Below, in pieces: positions 1-9,687 of a stretch of DNA of 64,000 nt (positions within the stretch are counted from its first letter, which is position 1; every line of letters begins with the position of its first letter). Source of the DNA: Andalucia godoyi And28 (lineage: Eukaryota > Protista > Jakobida); contig VRVR01000032.1 in NCBI GenBank assembly GCA_009859145.1, forward strand, positions 90,854 through 154,853, written 5' to 3'. The position numbers and the translations under genes were made by a program. The notes under the pieces are model-generated. The model was not told the origin of the DNA. It saw only the letters and a list, made by a program, of their open reading frames with translations, and did no database searches.

Positions 1-3000
1 GTTGTCATTTCCAAGAAGCATCTCATTCAAAATTTCTGGCTTGGTAACGAGAATACGAGCATCCTCGTTCAAGCTATCCTCGCCAGATGCAAACCCGATC
101 ATTGGACTCTTATTGTCCGATACATTCGACATCTGCATCAAACCAAAGACTTCAGAATATGTCTGTGTAACCAAAGGACCCGATGGAGCAACGAAAACGA
201 CTCGACCAGTCGAATCTTCACGCAGGATGCGCTCCATGACTACATACGACAAGAAAGACTTTCCGACAGATGTAGGACCCACAACTAGCGAGGACACATT
301 TGCACAAATGGCCTCCATCAAACGAATCTGCCAGAGATCGGGCTCAAACTGAACAGATCCTCGGATACAGTCCATCATGGCACGCTGGGAGACGTTCAAC
401 GGGATGATTTGCTCCGTTCCATCAGCGTCAATGATATTTTCCTTGTCATCAAACGCTGAAACGCACAGTCGGAGCGCACGAGCCTTCTTAGCAACCTGCA
501 GATGGGCGTGCTTCTTGTAAAACAAATTGTTCAGCCGAAGGATGCGCTTGGGGTCGTGCTTAGGAGAAGACCACTCCAAGTCGTCAGGGATCTCGACCAG
601 CTGCTGCAACACGGTTCTCTTCTTTGCCACAGGCCCACGAAGTTCCTCCACGCTTTTTCCTTGTTTCGCTGCTTCTTTCTTTTCTTTCTCTTCTTTGATC
701 TTCAGCAACATCTTTTCCTTGCTGCTCAAGGGTTTTTCTTTTTCCTTCTTCTCCTTCTTTTTCCCTCCTTTCACATTTGCATCCGCCTCGTCCGCTTCAG
801 TGGATATCTCCTCCACTTCGGGTTTCGGAATCTTCTCCATGAGAGAGACCATATCCAAGAAACGATCGCGAAGCTCGTCCCTGACCTTTTTGTCCGTTTT
901 TTTCTTCTTTGCCTCTTCCAGAAACGCAGGAATAAACAGGGTTCGCGGGTCTTTGCCGCCATTCAGCGATTTTGCGTATTCCGCAAGGCGGTTTGCCTTC
1001 TGGGACAGCTTTCGTTGATACCGCTTCAATGCTCGCGCATCGGTGGGAATCTTTGGTTTTTCCGTTTCCCAAATTGCCTTCATGGCTCCATTCCACTTGT
1101 ATCGATCGCGGAAGCCATCAAGAAATCCAAGGTATTTCTTCTCTGCAGCGTCTGCCTCTCCTTTGCCCATCAGATCCGCCATAGCTTTAACGTCTACACC
1201 GAGCACCGTTTGAATGACAGTATGTTCGAGTGGCAACAATCGACTAACAGGAATGGCGGCCGCGTCGCGAGGCTTTTCGGGAGACTCTCTGATGAACTGC
1301 CCAAGAAGCCGCCCGTCCATCGAAAGCACAAACGTCTCGAAATCTTCCGATCCATAATTCTTTAGGAGAATGGCGGTGGAGAAGCCCGCAGACTGGACAA
1401 ACGCAGCCACTTCTCTACCAACGGCCGACTCCGAGGGCGAATCCGAAATCGACATGGCTTCCATTTGCTCTGTGACTTCTTCTTCGTCAGAGACCATGTC
1501 CTCCCAGTCGTCGACTGGTTCTTCATCATCGTCCCACGATTCTGGAACTTCATTTTCCGCCTCCTGCTCAACGTACAGCGTGGCTGATGATGCATCCGCT
1601 CCGCCTGCTTCGCCAGTCCACACACCAGGCCTCGAGGAAACTGTCCCGGTATGACCGGAGAACAGCTGATTGATGGTCGAAAGCTGTGACTTGGAAAGCC
1701 GAATCATGACAGCCGAGACAAAACGAGGATCTAGAATGTCAAAGACGCACTGCAATTGTTCGGACTCGAACTTTGCGAAATCTACGGATTCCAAAAGGAT
1801 TCTAGACATGGACGAAAGTAGGACCTCGGTTGCGGACACGATAAATGCTTCTGATGCGCCTGGCGCAATCTGGTCGAGATGAACCAGCCGAATCTCCAAA
1901 GGCGCATTGTATTGCAGGTAGAGGGCGACGGTGAGAGTTTGCAGAAAAGCTTCCGCAACAGCCGAACCCTTCAGCGGGGACAGCAACTTCAACTCCCGCA
2001 CGATATGTTGCACAAGCTCGTCCTTGGAAGAAACCGGGGCTGCAGGCGACTTTTTGGGAAGCGGATTCACGTGCGAGAAGACCGCGCGATGTACATTCTC
2101 TAAAGACGCCGAAGTAAAGCTGAACGCTCGTTCTAGTTCTAAAAGCGTCTTCTCCTTCTGCATGATAAATAACGAAAACGTCAATGTCGACGCAGAAAAG
2201 TCGATGGAGTGAATGTCTGCCACTGAGATACGCTCCAACAATGTTCCCAGAGCAAGCAAATCAGTCATCGACATCAAGTCCGAGCGAAGAGGGAAATTCG
2301 CCCGGTTGTACTTCAAGTCGGCGACAACTGCGAAAATTCTGCGCGTCCGCAAAAACGTCCGCCATTCGGCGGTGTACCAGGACACAAAAGTCAACACGCT
2401 TTTGCCAAAGAATGACAAGTACCGCATTGTAGCTTGTCGCAGCAGCAAGTATTGATACGGAAACTTGGCCCGGTAAGAGTTTAACAACGACGGATCGACA
2501 TGCGAGGACGCCATCAAATCCGTAATATCAGAGCCGGTGACGGACGATGCGTCTGCGGTGTCCGTCGAGACGGATGCCGCATCCGACATGGAAATCAGCT
2601 GCGAGACCTCGGTGACGTCTCCCGCACCAGTTCTCCAATTGGTCTGGTCCGCTGATTCACCGCCAAGCTCATCCTTGTCCTTGTCAGTGTCTTTGCGTCG
2701 AGACACGTCCTCCTCCTCCTCATGATCTTCTTCCGCGGCAGCAGAAGTCTCACTTGCCGCAGCAATAGCCGGGGCAGCATCCTCGGCATCCGCATCGTCC
2801 AAGTCCGCAGCAGCGCGCGCCAGGGCCTCTTCTTGGTTGGCCAGCGACGACTCCTGCGCAAGTTCCTCGTGAAAAGCGTCCAGCAAGTATTTAGACAGCG
2901 CAGCGCTCCTCTCCGAAAAAGATGTTCCAGGCACATCACGCTGCAAAACAGCTAGTTTTCTGTGGTCCTTTCCAAACTCATCGAAAGACACAAAGTCGTA

Positions 3001-3258
3001 GCGGATCTTCCTGTCGTTGAGCAAGCACAAGAACCGCTCAATCTGGGAAAGAACAGAAATGAACGATATTCCACCATATTCAGTCGATAGCGAAGAGTGC
3101 TCAAGAGCCCATGAGATCAGAGAGTCAAGATCAATGACCAATGCCTCTCCAATATCCGCCTCTCGATGAAACTCGGACTGAAGACCCGTTGAAAGCCTCA
3201 TGAATGAGTTGAAAATTGAGAAATCAGAACCATCTGCATTTCGATTCGTCGCACTCAT
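1..3258 (-). CDS. DDX60-like SF2 (Ski2-type) RNA helicase, 3'-truncated by the window edge
   Basis: Minus-strand frame from ATG at 3258 (MSATNRNADG...ALVIDLDSLISWALEH) appears open to base 1 at the places I translated. It is absent from the ORF track, as expected for a frame with no stop in the window. The left end encodes VQFEPDLWQIRLMEAICANVSSLVVGPTSVGKSFLSYVVMERILREDSTGRVVFVAPSGPLV (Q-motif, Walker A, motif Ia) in the DDX60 pattern. Confidence 0.8.
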   Translation of the reverse strand, partial: MSATNRNADGSDFSIFNSFMRLSTGLQSEFHREADIGEALVIDLDSLISWALEHSSLSTEYGGISFISVLSQIERFLCLLNDRKIRYDFVSFDEFGKDHRKLAVLQRDVPGTSFSERSAALSKYLLDAFHEELAQESSLANQEEALARAAADLDDADAEDAAPAIAAASETSAAAEEDHEEEEDVSRRKDTDKDKDELGGESADQTNWRTGAGDVTEVSQLISMSDAASVSTDTADASSVTGSDITDLMASSHVDPSLLNSYRAKFPYQYLLLRQATMRYLSFFGKSVLTFVSWYTAEWRTFLRTRRIFAVVADLKYNRANFPLRSDLMSMTDLLALGTLLERISVADIHSIDFSASTLTFSLFIMQKEKTLLELERAFSFTSASLENVHRAVFSHVNPLPKKSPAAPVSSKDELVQHIVRELKLLSPLKGSAVAEAFLQTLTVALYLQYNAPLEIRLVHLDQIAPGASEAFIVSATEVLLSSMSRILLESVDFAKFESEQLQCVFDILDPRFVSAVMIRLSKSQLSTINQLFSGHTGTVSSRPGVWTGEAGGADASSATLYVEQEAENEVPESWDDDEEPVDDWEDMVSDEEEVTEQMEAMSISDSPSESAVGREVAAFVQSAGFSTAILLKNYGSEDFETFVLSMDGRLLGQFIRESPEKPRDAAAIPVSRLLPLEHTVIQTVLGVDVKAMADLMGKGEADAAEKKYLGFLDGFRDRYKWNGAMKAIWETEKPKIPTDARALKRYQRKLSQKANRLAEYAKSLNGGKDPRTLFIPAFLEEAKKKKTDKKVRDELRDRFLDMVSLMEKIPKPEVEEISTEADEADANVKGGKKKEKKEKEKPLSSKEKMLLKIKEEKEKKEAAKQGKSVEELRGPVAKKRTVLQQLVEIPDDLEWSSPKHDPKRILRLNNLFYKKHAHLQVAKKARALRLCVSAFDDKENIIDADGTEQIIPLNVSQRAMMDCIRGSVQFEPDLWQIRLMEAICANVSSLVVGPTSVGKSFLSYVVMERILREDSTGRVVFVAPSGPLVTQTYSEVFGLMQMSNVSDNKSPMIGFASGEDSLNEDARILVTKPEILNEMLLGNDN

Positions 3259-3759
3259 TCTTACGATGCTTGTCCTATTCTTGGTTTTTTCGAAATTAAT
3301 TCTTTTTTTTTCCCTCCTCTTCCTTCTTCTCTTTACTGCAAAATTTATTAAAAACGTCGGTTTTGAATAACTTATGAATCAGAAGACAGGAAAGAAGGAG
3401 GAAAAGAAAGGGAAAAGAAAGAGAAAAGAAATACAGAGATTGATTGAACGCGGGACTTGGATTGGTCTTGGAGTAAGTGGAGGAGGAGGGTCGAGGTCTA
3501 ATATTTCCACCTTCCAAATGGCTCGACCAAACGAATGCCCGAAGCGCGAACACTTTTGCTGCCTCGTTTCAACCCAGCCTCGGGTGCTTTTCACAGGATC
3601 ATGCATCACGTGATGCTAATGCTATGGGTTTTCTTTCTGTTTCCTGTCGTACAGTGGTGGTGGTCCGTGCTCTGCTTCCCCGTTTTGAGTTTTGTTTCCT
3701 TCTTGGACGCCATGCGAGCCGCAAGAGTCACCTCTCAGGACCAAGATCGCGGAATCCCA

Positions 3760-5238
3760 ATGTGGCAGCGTCAGAGTGTGCGGTGCATTGCGCAGCGTAC
3801 ACTGCAGCTTCTTCCTGCAACAACCCCGATCCGTCTTCACCGCGTGCTGCCGTGCTCCTCTCACTTTCGCTCTGAACCACGACCGATGCAACAGCTCTCG
3901 TCGACAGTGGTGATGACCGCGACGACGACGACGAAGAAGATGAACATGAAGGCGAGGATGAAAGTGGAGGTGGAGACGACGCCAGCTGCTCATTGTAAAG
4001 CGCTTGTGCGATGCTATTCGACGTTTCATAGTCCTCTTCCATGCATAGCCATGGCGATGCAAAGTGCAAGTCCATGGAGTCATGTGGGTGCGGGTGGTGT
4101 TGTGAGGTATGGAGGAGGTTTCCGATACTATGCGCAGAATCGTCGGAGTGAGAATGATGTTGATGACCCTGAAAACAGTGCGCTCCCTGTGCCCGGAGAT
4201 GACGACGGTGGGGTTGAAGAGTCCACGACTGCGCCGCCGCCAGCTGCAAATTCAGAGCTTGAGACGTTCAAATCGATTCCGCTGTCGGTTGTGATCTGCA
4301 AAGAGGGAACCGTTCCGTACCATGCCGCGATGACCAAGCAGGAGCTTTCGCAGGTTTGCAAGCTTGGGGCTCGGGATCTGCGAGCGATTGACCCTACGTT
4401 CCGACGACAGATTTCATCCATCCTGCCTCGGCAATCGGCTATTATCTTCAATGTCGAGCCGCTAAAGGCTATCATCATGCACGATCGAGTCATCATCTTT
4501 GAGCCGCAGTCCGTGCATGTAAAACAGCTTCTTCCGCTGCTGAAATCGCGAATCGAGTCGTCCGTGGGGAACTCTCCTTCGTCACAGCAGCCTTTTGAAT
4601 TGAAGGCTTTGGAAGCAATGCTCATTCATGTGTGTCAGTTTTTCGACGTGTCTCTCGCGCGGCTCATGCCAGAAATCGACGTTGTTCTCGAGTCGTTGTA
4701 CACACAGTCGTCGGGTGCACTGTCTTCGTCTCTCCAGCGATTGCTTCCGTTGAAGAAGTCTCTGGGAAATTTCCAGGCGTCTGTGCAGGAAATCGTCACC
4801 GCGTTGAATGATCTTCTCGATTCCGACGAGGACATGGTCGAGATGTACTTGACCACCAAGGCGATGTTGGGCCACCGCAGACGAATCGACCAGCATCAGG
4901 AAGCCGAAGTTCTTCTGGAAACATACGTCATGACCGTCGAGGAAATTGCTCATCGAGCTTCACAGCTGAAGGGCACGATTCAAAGTACACAGGACGTCTT
5001 GAACATTCACTTGGCTGACGTGCGAAACGAGCTGATGAGGTTCAATCTCATCCTGTCGTCAGGGACGTTTGCAATCACGTGCGGTTCTATCGTGTCGGGC
5101 ATCTTTGGAATGAATCTGCTTTCCTCTCTCGAGGATTCCTCGATGGCCTTCTTTGTCGTTTCAGGGACCATTGCAGTCATCTCCTCCACGGTGTTTATTT
5201 CCGCCCTGCGATATTGCGCGAAGAAGAAGATTCTGTAG
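3760..5238 (+). CDS. MRS2: MRS2/CorA-family mitochondrial magnesium transporter (start uncertain; ORF opens at 3535)
   Basis: LGARDLRAIDP, PFELKALEAML, RNELMRFNL and the GMN signature (GIFGMNL) followed by a second TM helix. The N-terminus MWQRQSVRCIAQRTLQLL resembles a mitochondrial presequence. Confidence 0.88.
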   Translation: MWQRQSVRCIAQRTLQLLPATTPIRLHRVLPCSSHFRSEPRPMQQLSSTVVMTATTTTKKMNMKARMKVEVETTPAAHCKALVRCYSTFHSPLPCIAMAMQSASPWSHVGAGGVVRYGGGFRYYAQNRRSENDVDDPENSALPVPGDDDGGVEESTTAPPPAANSELETFKSIPLSVVICKEGTVPYHAAMTKQELSQVCKLGARDLRAIDPTFRRQISSILPRQSAIIFNVEPLKAIIMHDRVIIFEPQSVHVKQLLPLLKSRIESSVGNSPSSQQPFELKALEAMLIHVCQFFDVSLARLMPEIDVVLESLYTQSSGALSSSLQRLLPLKKSLGNFQASVQEIVTALNDLLDSDEDMVEMYLTTKAMLGHRRRIDQHQEAEVLLETYVMTVEEIAHRASQLKGTIQSTQDVLNIHLADVRNELMRFNLILSSGTFAITCGSIVSGIFGMNLLSSLEDSSMAFFVVSGTIAVISSTVFISALRYCAKKKIL

Positions 5239-5369
5239 ATATAGATGGAATATTCCATGGGAAACCCCCGGTTTTTTGTACATTTGCATTTCTTTTTTGA
5301 GTTTCTCCTTTTTCCTATTCCTCCCTTTTTTCTTTCAATACATGCGCCAATAAAGTGAACGGGCCCCGC

Positions 5370-7364
5370 TTACGGCAACGACTGTTCTGCGTCGAACTGG
5401 TATTTCGTGTATGTCTCCATGAAGATGTCTCTGCATGGGATCGAAGCGTTGAGGCGGAAACAAGTCAAGAATGCTCCGGAGAGCTTCCGATGCAGGGAAT
5501 ACGATTCAATCGGGGGCGGAGTCAGTCGTCCTTCCAGCATTGTCGGAACGAGCTTGTTGATGCGCTTTGTTGCCTGGTGCCGCTTGAAATCATATATACC
5601 AGGATGCGAAAAGGGTTCTCCGACGATCATGACCGCCTCCACATGCGCCCGATTCATGGCATCGGACTCGTCTCCCGTCAAAAATCCCAGCTTGCGAGAC
5701 GACTTTAGAACAGCGTCAAAGTCTTTTTCGGCAGCACTGTGCACGACCTTCAGATACTCGTCCACAAACGCCTTTGGATACTCACGGCATGCACCAAAGT
5801 CAATCAAGTTCATGCGATCACTCCGTGGATCATAGAAAAAGTTGCCCCAGTTCGGGTCGGTTTGCATAAACCGAAATTCAAACAACTCCCGAAGGCACAG
5901 CCTCAGCAATCGGGCAGCGACTCGGTTGCGAACGTCTTGGTCAAGCTCGGCAACCCTGTCCACCGAAAATCCTTCCACAAACTCGGATGTAAACACACGT
6001 CTTGTGGACAGCTCGTCCACGACTGTTGGCACATAGAAATCACCATCGGCTGCCAGCATCTGCTTCATTCGTTTCGACGACTGAGCCTCGATGCGGTAGT
6101 CGCACTCTTCATGCAACTCTTTCCGAGCCACCTGGATTGCAGAATCCACAAACATTCCTTTCGGAAGTATATTTGCAACTGAAATGATTCGCTTGAGATT
6201 ATTTAGATCGGAGTCAATGGACTCGGCGACCCCCGGATACTGAACCTTGACGGCAACATCCATCCCGCCAATTGTCCTCGCTCGATGAACCTGTCCAATG
6301 GACGCTGCTGCGATGGGGTCCTCGTCAAATGACTCGAATTTCTCCCTCCACTTGCTGCCGAGCTCCTTCTCGAGCTGAAAGAACAACTGCTTTTTGGGCA
6401 TGATATCCGCCTGCTGGCGGACGCGATCAAGAACCTTTTGAATCTGCGGTGGAATCAGCGCATCGTCTTGAATGGAGATAATCTGGCCAAGTTTTAATGC
6501 TGCTCCACGCATTCTGCACAGCGTGGCAGCCAATCGCTCTGCATTCTTTTCAGACAAGAAGTTCGAAAACGTTGACGGCTGGGAGGCAGCCTCCACTTCC
6601 ACAGCGCTTGTCCGTGCAGAAGAGGCAGGCGCTGAGGCTGCAGGCAGTACATTCGAATGGATGTTGTTGAATCCAAGTGCATTGGAAACTACGTTGGAAA
6701 CCGCGCCCATTGCCATGCGAGTAGCCAGGCCAGAAAACCCCAGAAATCGGGAAATTGACGACGACGGAACCGCACGTTCTTGGAACACTCGCTTCGGTCT
6801 GTCAAAACTCTGCAGAATAGAGGGATCCAGCGGCTTCCAAAACGCAGCTGGTTCTTCTTTTCCTCCCATCCCCGCTCCTATCTGCTGAGAGACAACTGGG
6901 GCCAAGGTCTCTTGATGGATCGCCAGAGACGGCACCATCTCGACATTCGCAACGTTGATGGCTGCATTCTCTGCTCGCAGGACAGCCATCTCATGCGGTG
7001 GATCCAGCAATTCTGTAATTTCCGCCGCAGGGCTTTGTTGCTGCAGCACAGCAGAAGATGTCGCATCAACGTGTGCAACAGGCTTCAATTCATGATGTTG
7101 TCGCGGTTCGCGAGATACCAAACTAGGATCCACAGACTGCGAAGGTCCCACGTCGCCCACGTGCGGGACATATGACGCACTAAATGTGTCAGGCGTGGTC
7201 TGGTGAAGATCCTGACGGAACACGGATGCGCTCGAACACGACGGAACCTGTCGTGACATTGAAGATACTGCAAGATCGGTCTGTGCATTGTGCAGCATGT
7301 GACGAAGCACATATTGCGCTCCTTCAAGGACTTGTGCAGCGTCTCTTAATCGCTGCATCGGCAT
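5370..7364 (-). CDS. COQ8: ABC1/UbiB atypical kinase COQ8/ADCK3
   Basis: RMRGAALKLGQ (KxGQ), PIAAASIGQVH, VAVKVQYPGVAESIDSD, MQTDPNWGNF and IDFGA motifs. Confidence 0.95.
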   Translation of the reverse strand: MPMQRLRDAAQVLEGAQYVLRHMLHNAQTDLAVSSMSRQVPSCSSASVFRQDLHQTTPDTFSASYVPHVGDVGPSQSVDPSLVSREPRQHHELKPVAHVDATSSAVLQQQSPAAEITELLDPPHEMAVLRAENAAINVANVEMVPSLAIHQETLAPVVSQQIGAGMGGKEEPAAFWKPLDPSILQSFDRPKRVFQERAVPSSSISRFLGFSGLATRMAMGAVSNVVSNALGFNNIHSNVLPAASAPASSARTSAVEVEAASQPSTFSNFLSEKNAERLAATLCRMRGAALKLGQIISIQDDALIPPQIQKVLDRVRQQADIMPKKQLFFQLEKELGSKWREKFESFDEDPIAAASIGQVHRARTIGGMDVAVKVQYPGVAESIDSDLNNLKRIISVANILPKGMFVDSAIQVARKELHEECDYRIEAQSSKRMKQMLAADGDFYVPTVVDELSTRRVFTSEFVEGFSVDRVAELDQDVRNRVAARLLRLCLRELFEFRFMQTDPNWGNFFYDPRSDRMNLIDFGACREYPKAFVDEYLKVVHSAAEKDFDAVLKSSRKLGFLTGDESDAMNRAHVEAVMIVGEPFSHPGIYDFKRHQATKRINKLVPTMLEGRLTPPPIESYSLHRKLSGAFLTCFRLNASIPCRDIFMETYTKYQFDAEQSLP

Positions 7365-7724
7365 CTCAACGCAACAACTCGATTGTGCACTGGAAGAAAG
7401 TCAGGCACGATACACGGGGGGGAGAATAAAACATTCAAAAACGCGAGTGCCATGGGCAACAAATCACGTACAAAAAAAGTCTGCAGCGAAAAAGAGCATA
7501 TGAGAAAAGGCTTTGCTCAAGTTCAGAAACTCTACGGCAGTGACCTGAGGGAGAGAGTAAAGGAACCAAGGACGGAGCGCAGAAGGGTGCGTTAGAACGT
7601 GGGTGGACGGTGTAAGAAGGAGTAAATTTGTGCATCTGTTGGGTGTTTATTATTCATTAATTAGAGATCTTCCCTTGTCTTGGATGAAGAAAGGGCGGCA
7701 CTGAGACGCCGAAGGTGCGTCTGT

Positions 7725-8861
7725 CTACGAAGCGAAACGTGATGGAAAGATGGATCGTACTCCAGATCGAAATGCAGCAAAGTCCTCGTTTCCTGAGCAG
7801 TGATCTGCACGGATCTGCATGGCTTCTTCAAGATGCTTCTGGATGTTCTGAATGCGGTCGTCGGAGACCGGGTGTGTGCTGAGATAGGCGCCGATAGCTG
7901 ATCGCGAGTCGCCCTTTCCGAGTTTGCGAAACACCTTTGGGGCTGAGCTGGGATCGTAGCACGCCCGAGCCATGAGAATGAGCCCCATGCGATCCGCCTC
8001 GAGCTCCATCTTCCGCGAGTTTGGAAGCTCAAATGCGATTTGCGTAATGAGATTGTAGAAGAATCGCACGTCGCCGACGGTAAGCATCAGTGCGTAGTAC
8101 AGAATGTTCAGTATTTTTCCGTATGAGAGTTTCTCTGCAGAGTGGCGCAGAATGGCATGTGAAACTTCATGGCCCATCACAGCAGAGAGCTCTGCATCTG
8201 TCTCAATGATGCGGAACAAGCCAGAGTTCACAATTACCTTTCCGCCAGGAAGACACGCGGCGTTCACACTCGGATCTTCCACAACATGAAATTCAAATTT
8301 GAACTGCGGTTTGTCGGCCACCGCAGCGATTCGAGATCCAACTTCCGCAACTCGGCGAGAGAAGACATGGCTTGCAGGCAGCACTTTGGATCTCGCCAGC
8401 AGTTGTCGATAGTGTCTTTCCCCCAATTCAATTTCCGTCGCTTCGGTAACATCCATGATGCGCAGACGGTCCGAGAAAGGCACCCGTTCAAGATGAAACA
8501 CCACATACACCCCCAAGCCAACAGACCCCACAACAAGAATTGTGTGTTGACGCGACCACTGAAATCGCGGCGGATTCACATTCGTATGGTTACTGTCATC
8601 CTCGCGATTGCGGTCATTGTCACGACTATCATGCCCCGGCTTGCCGGAATGACTTTTGGAGGTAAGAGGGATGAGCGGCTGAGCCTGGCTCTTTCGGGGA
8701 AACGATGGATTTTGCGGTGGCTGTTGCTGCCACCATGGGGAACTGGAAAGCAAGCGACACGGCGCTGGTCGAACAGCTCCCATTCTTGCGGGGAGACAGC
8801 ACCCATTCGATGCTGCAAACGACCCAAATCGACGAGTCAGGAGCGACCAAGAGCGAATCAT
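7725..8861 (-). CDS. OMA1: OMA1 / peptidase M48 mitochondrial metalloprotease
   Basis: VNAACLPGGKVIVNSG, HEVSH (HExxH), SRKMELEADRMG, YLSTHP; Arg/Ser-rich presequence and one TM segment. Confidence 0.92.
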   Translation of the reverse strand: MIRSWSLLTRRFGSFAASNGCCLPARMGAVRPAPCRLLSSSPWWQQQPPQNPSFPRKSQAQPLIPLTSKSHSGKPGHDSRDNDRNREDDSNHTNVNPPRFQWSRQHTILVVGSVGLGVYVVFHLERVPFSDRLRIMDVTEATEIELGERHYRQLLARSKVLPASHVFSRRVAEVGSRIAAVADKPQFKFEFHVVEDPSVNAACLPGGKVIVNSGLFRIIETDAELSAVMGHEVSHAILRHSAEKLSYGKILNILYYALMLTVGDVRFFYNLITQIAFELPNSRKMELEADRMGLILMARACYDPSSAPKVFRKLGKGDSRSAIGAYLSTHPVSDDRIQNIQKHLEEAMQIRADHCSGNEDFAAFRSGVRSIFPSRFAS

Positions 8862-8951
8862 GGCACTCTATCAGAAAGCGTTTCTTTTCCCAGACCACAC
8901 CTCCCCTACAAGACGGAAAGAGGCACATAGAACATTTACAAAACCGAAGAA

Positions 8952-9500
8952 GAATAACACGTCATTGTCATGCATACGGAAAAGCATCCATAAGCAGACA
9001 CGGACTACACTGGCCGACACTAGCACGTTTTGTTTCACAGGGAATTCGTGCTTACGCACGCTCGGCCAAAATTCAGCCTGTGACACAGGCTCCGCATTTT
9101 CGACACTCTTTAACGCAGCATCTGTAGCCATCTATTCTATCATTCGTGGGTTTCACTTTATTAATTCAAATATGGGCGTGAGTGCGCTGGGATGACGCAC
9201 TCGCCTACGCCTACGCCGCCCGATACAGGGCCTCCTAGGTCCCGCAGACCTCCTAAGAGACCACGTGTCACTACGCCTGCTGCTAGGGCCGTCAGAATCA
9301 AAATGCACCCTTCTCAGGAACAACGTGTCACGCTGAGAAAGTGGCTCACATATTGATCGAGATTGGGAACGGAGCGCGGAGCATCTATCTGAAGAGCGCC
9401 GTGAGGCGTGTTGGGGGCCGATCCCCTTCCGGGCAACGGGATGCAAGACTGAATATGCACGTCTATTCGTAGATATGCATGTTCAGTGTATAATGTAGGC
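8952..9500 (+). mobile_element. Non-autonomous Fanzor/TnpB-derived element, copy 1 (internally deleted; omegaRNA-like right end)
   Basis: Colinear with the reverse complement of 57190-57807. ATG 9192 to TGA 9356 encodes MTHSPTPTPPDTGPPRSRRPPKRPRVTTPAARAVRIKMHPSQEQRVTLRKWLT (TnpB/Fanzor KIRxYPTxEQxxxLxKW motif). 9352-9394 encodes IDRDW[+g]NGARSIYLK (RuvC-III motif). A hairpin follows at 9446-9489. Confidence 0.85.
9438..9500 (+). ncRNA. Putative 3' module of a Fanzor omegaRNA scaffold (long stem with UUCG loop)
   Basis: Stem 9448-9465 pairs with 9470-9487 (one C-A mismatch, two G-U pairs) and is closed by TTCG. It lies downstream of the RuvC-III remnant and immediately before the point where the two copies diverge. 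Confidence 0.6.
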
Positions 9501-9687
9501 GAAGAAGAACGCGAAAATCCTGGCCAATACTGTGTGCTATGGAGCAGTTTTTGGTTTTGCAGTTTAAAAAATACGAATATGAATAAAAAGAATGAAAATC
9601 GAAATGCGCTACACATGGAAAATGAACACGGAATCAAGCAACCACAACAACAACAACAACAAACAAGTAGGGGGGAATGATCATGGA

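Noticed and set aside
502-1365. 287-aa + strand ORF and other + ORFs in 1-3200
   Set aside because: Antisense shadows of the DDX60-like gene.
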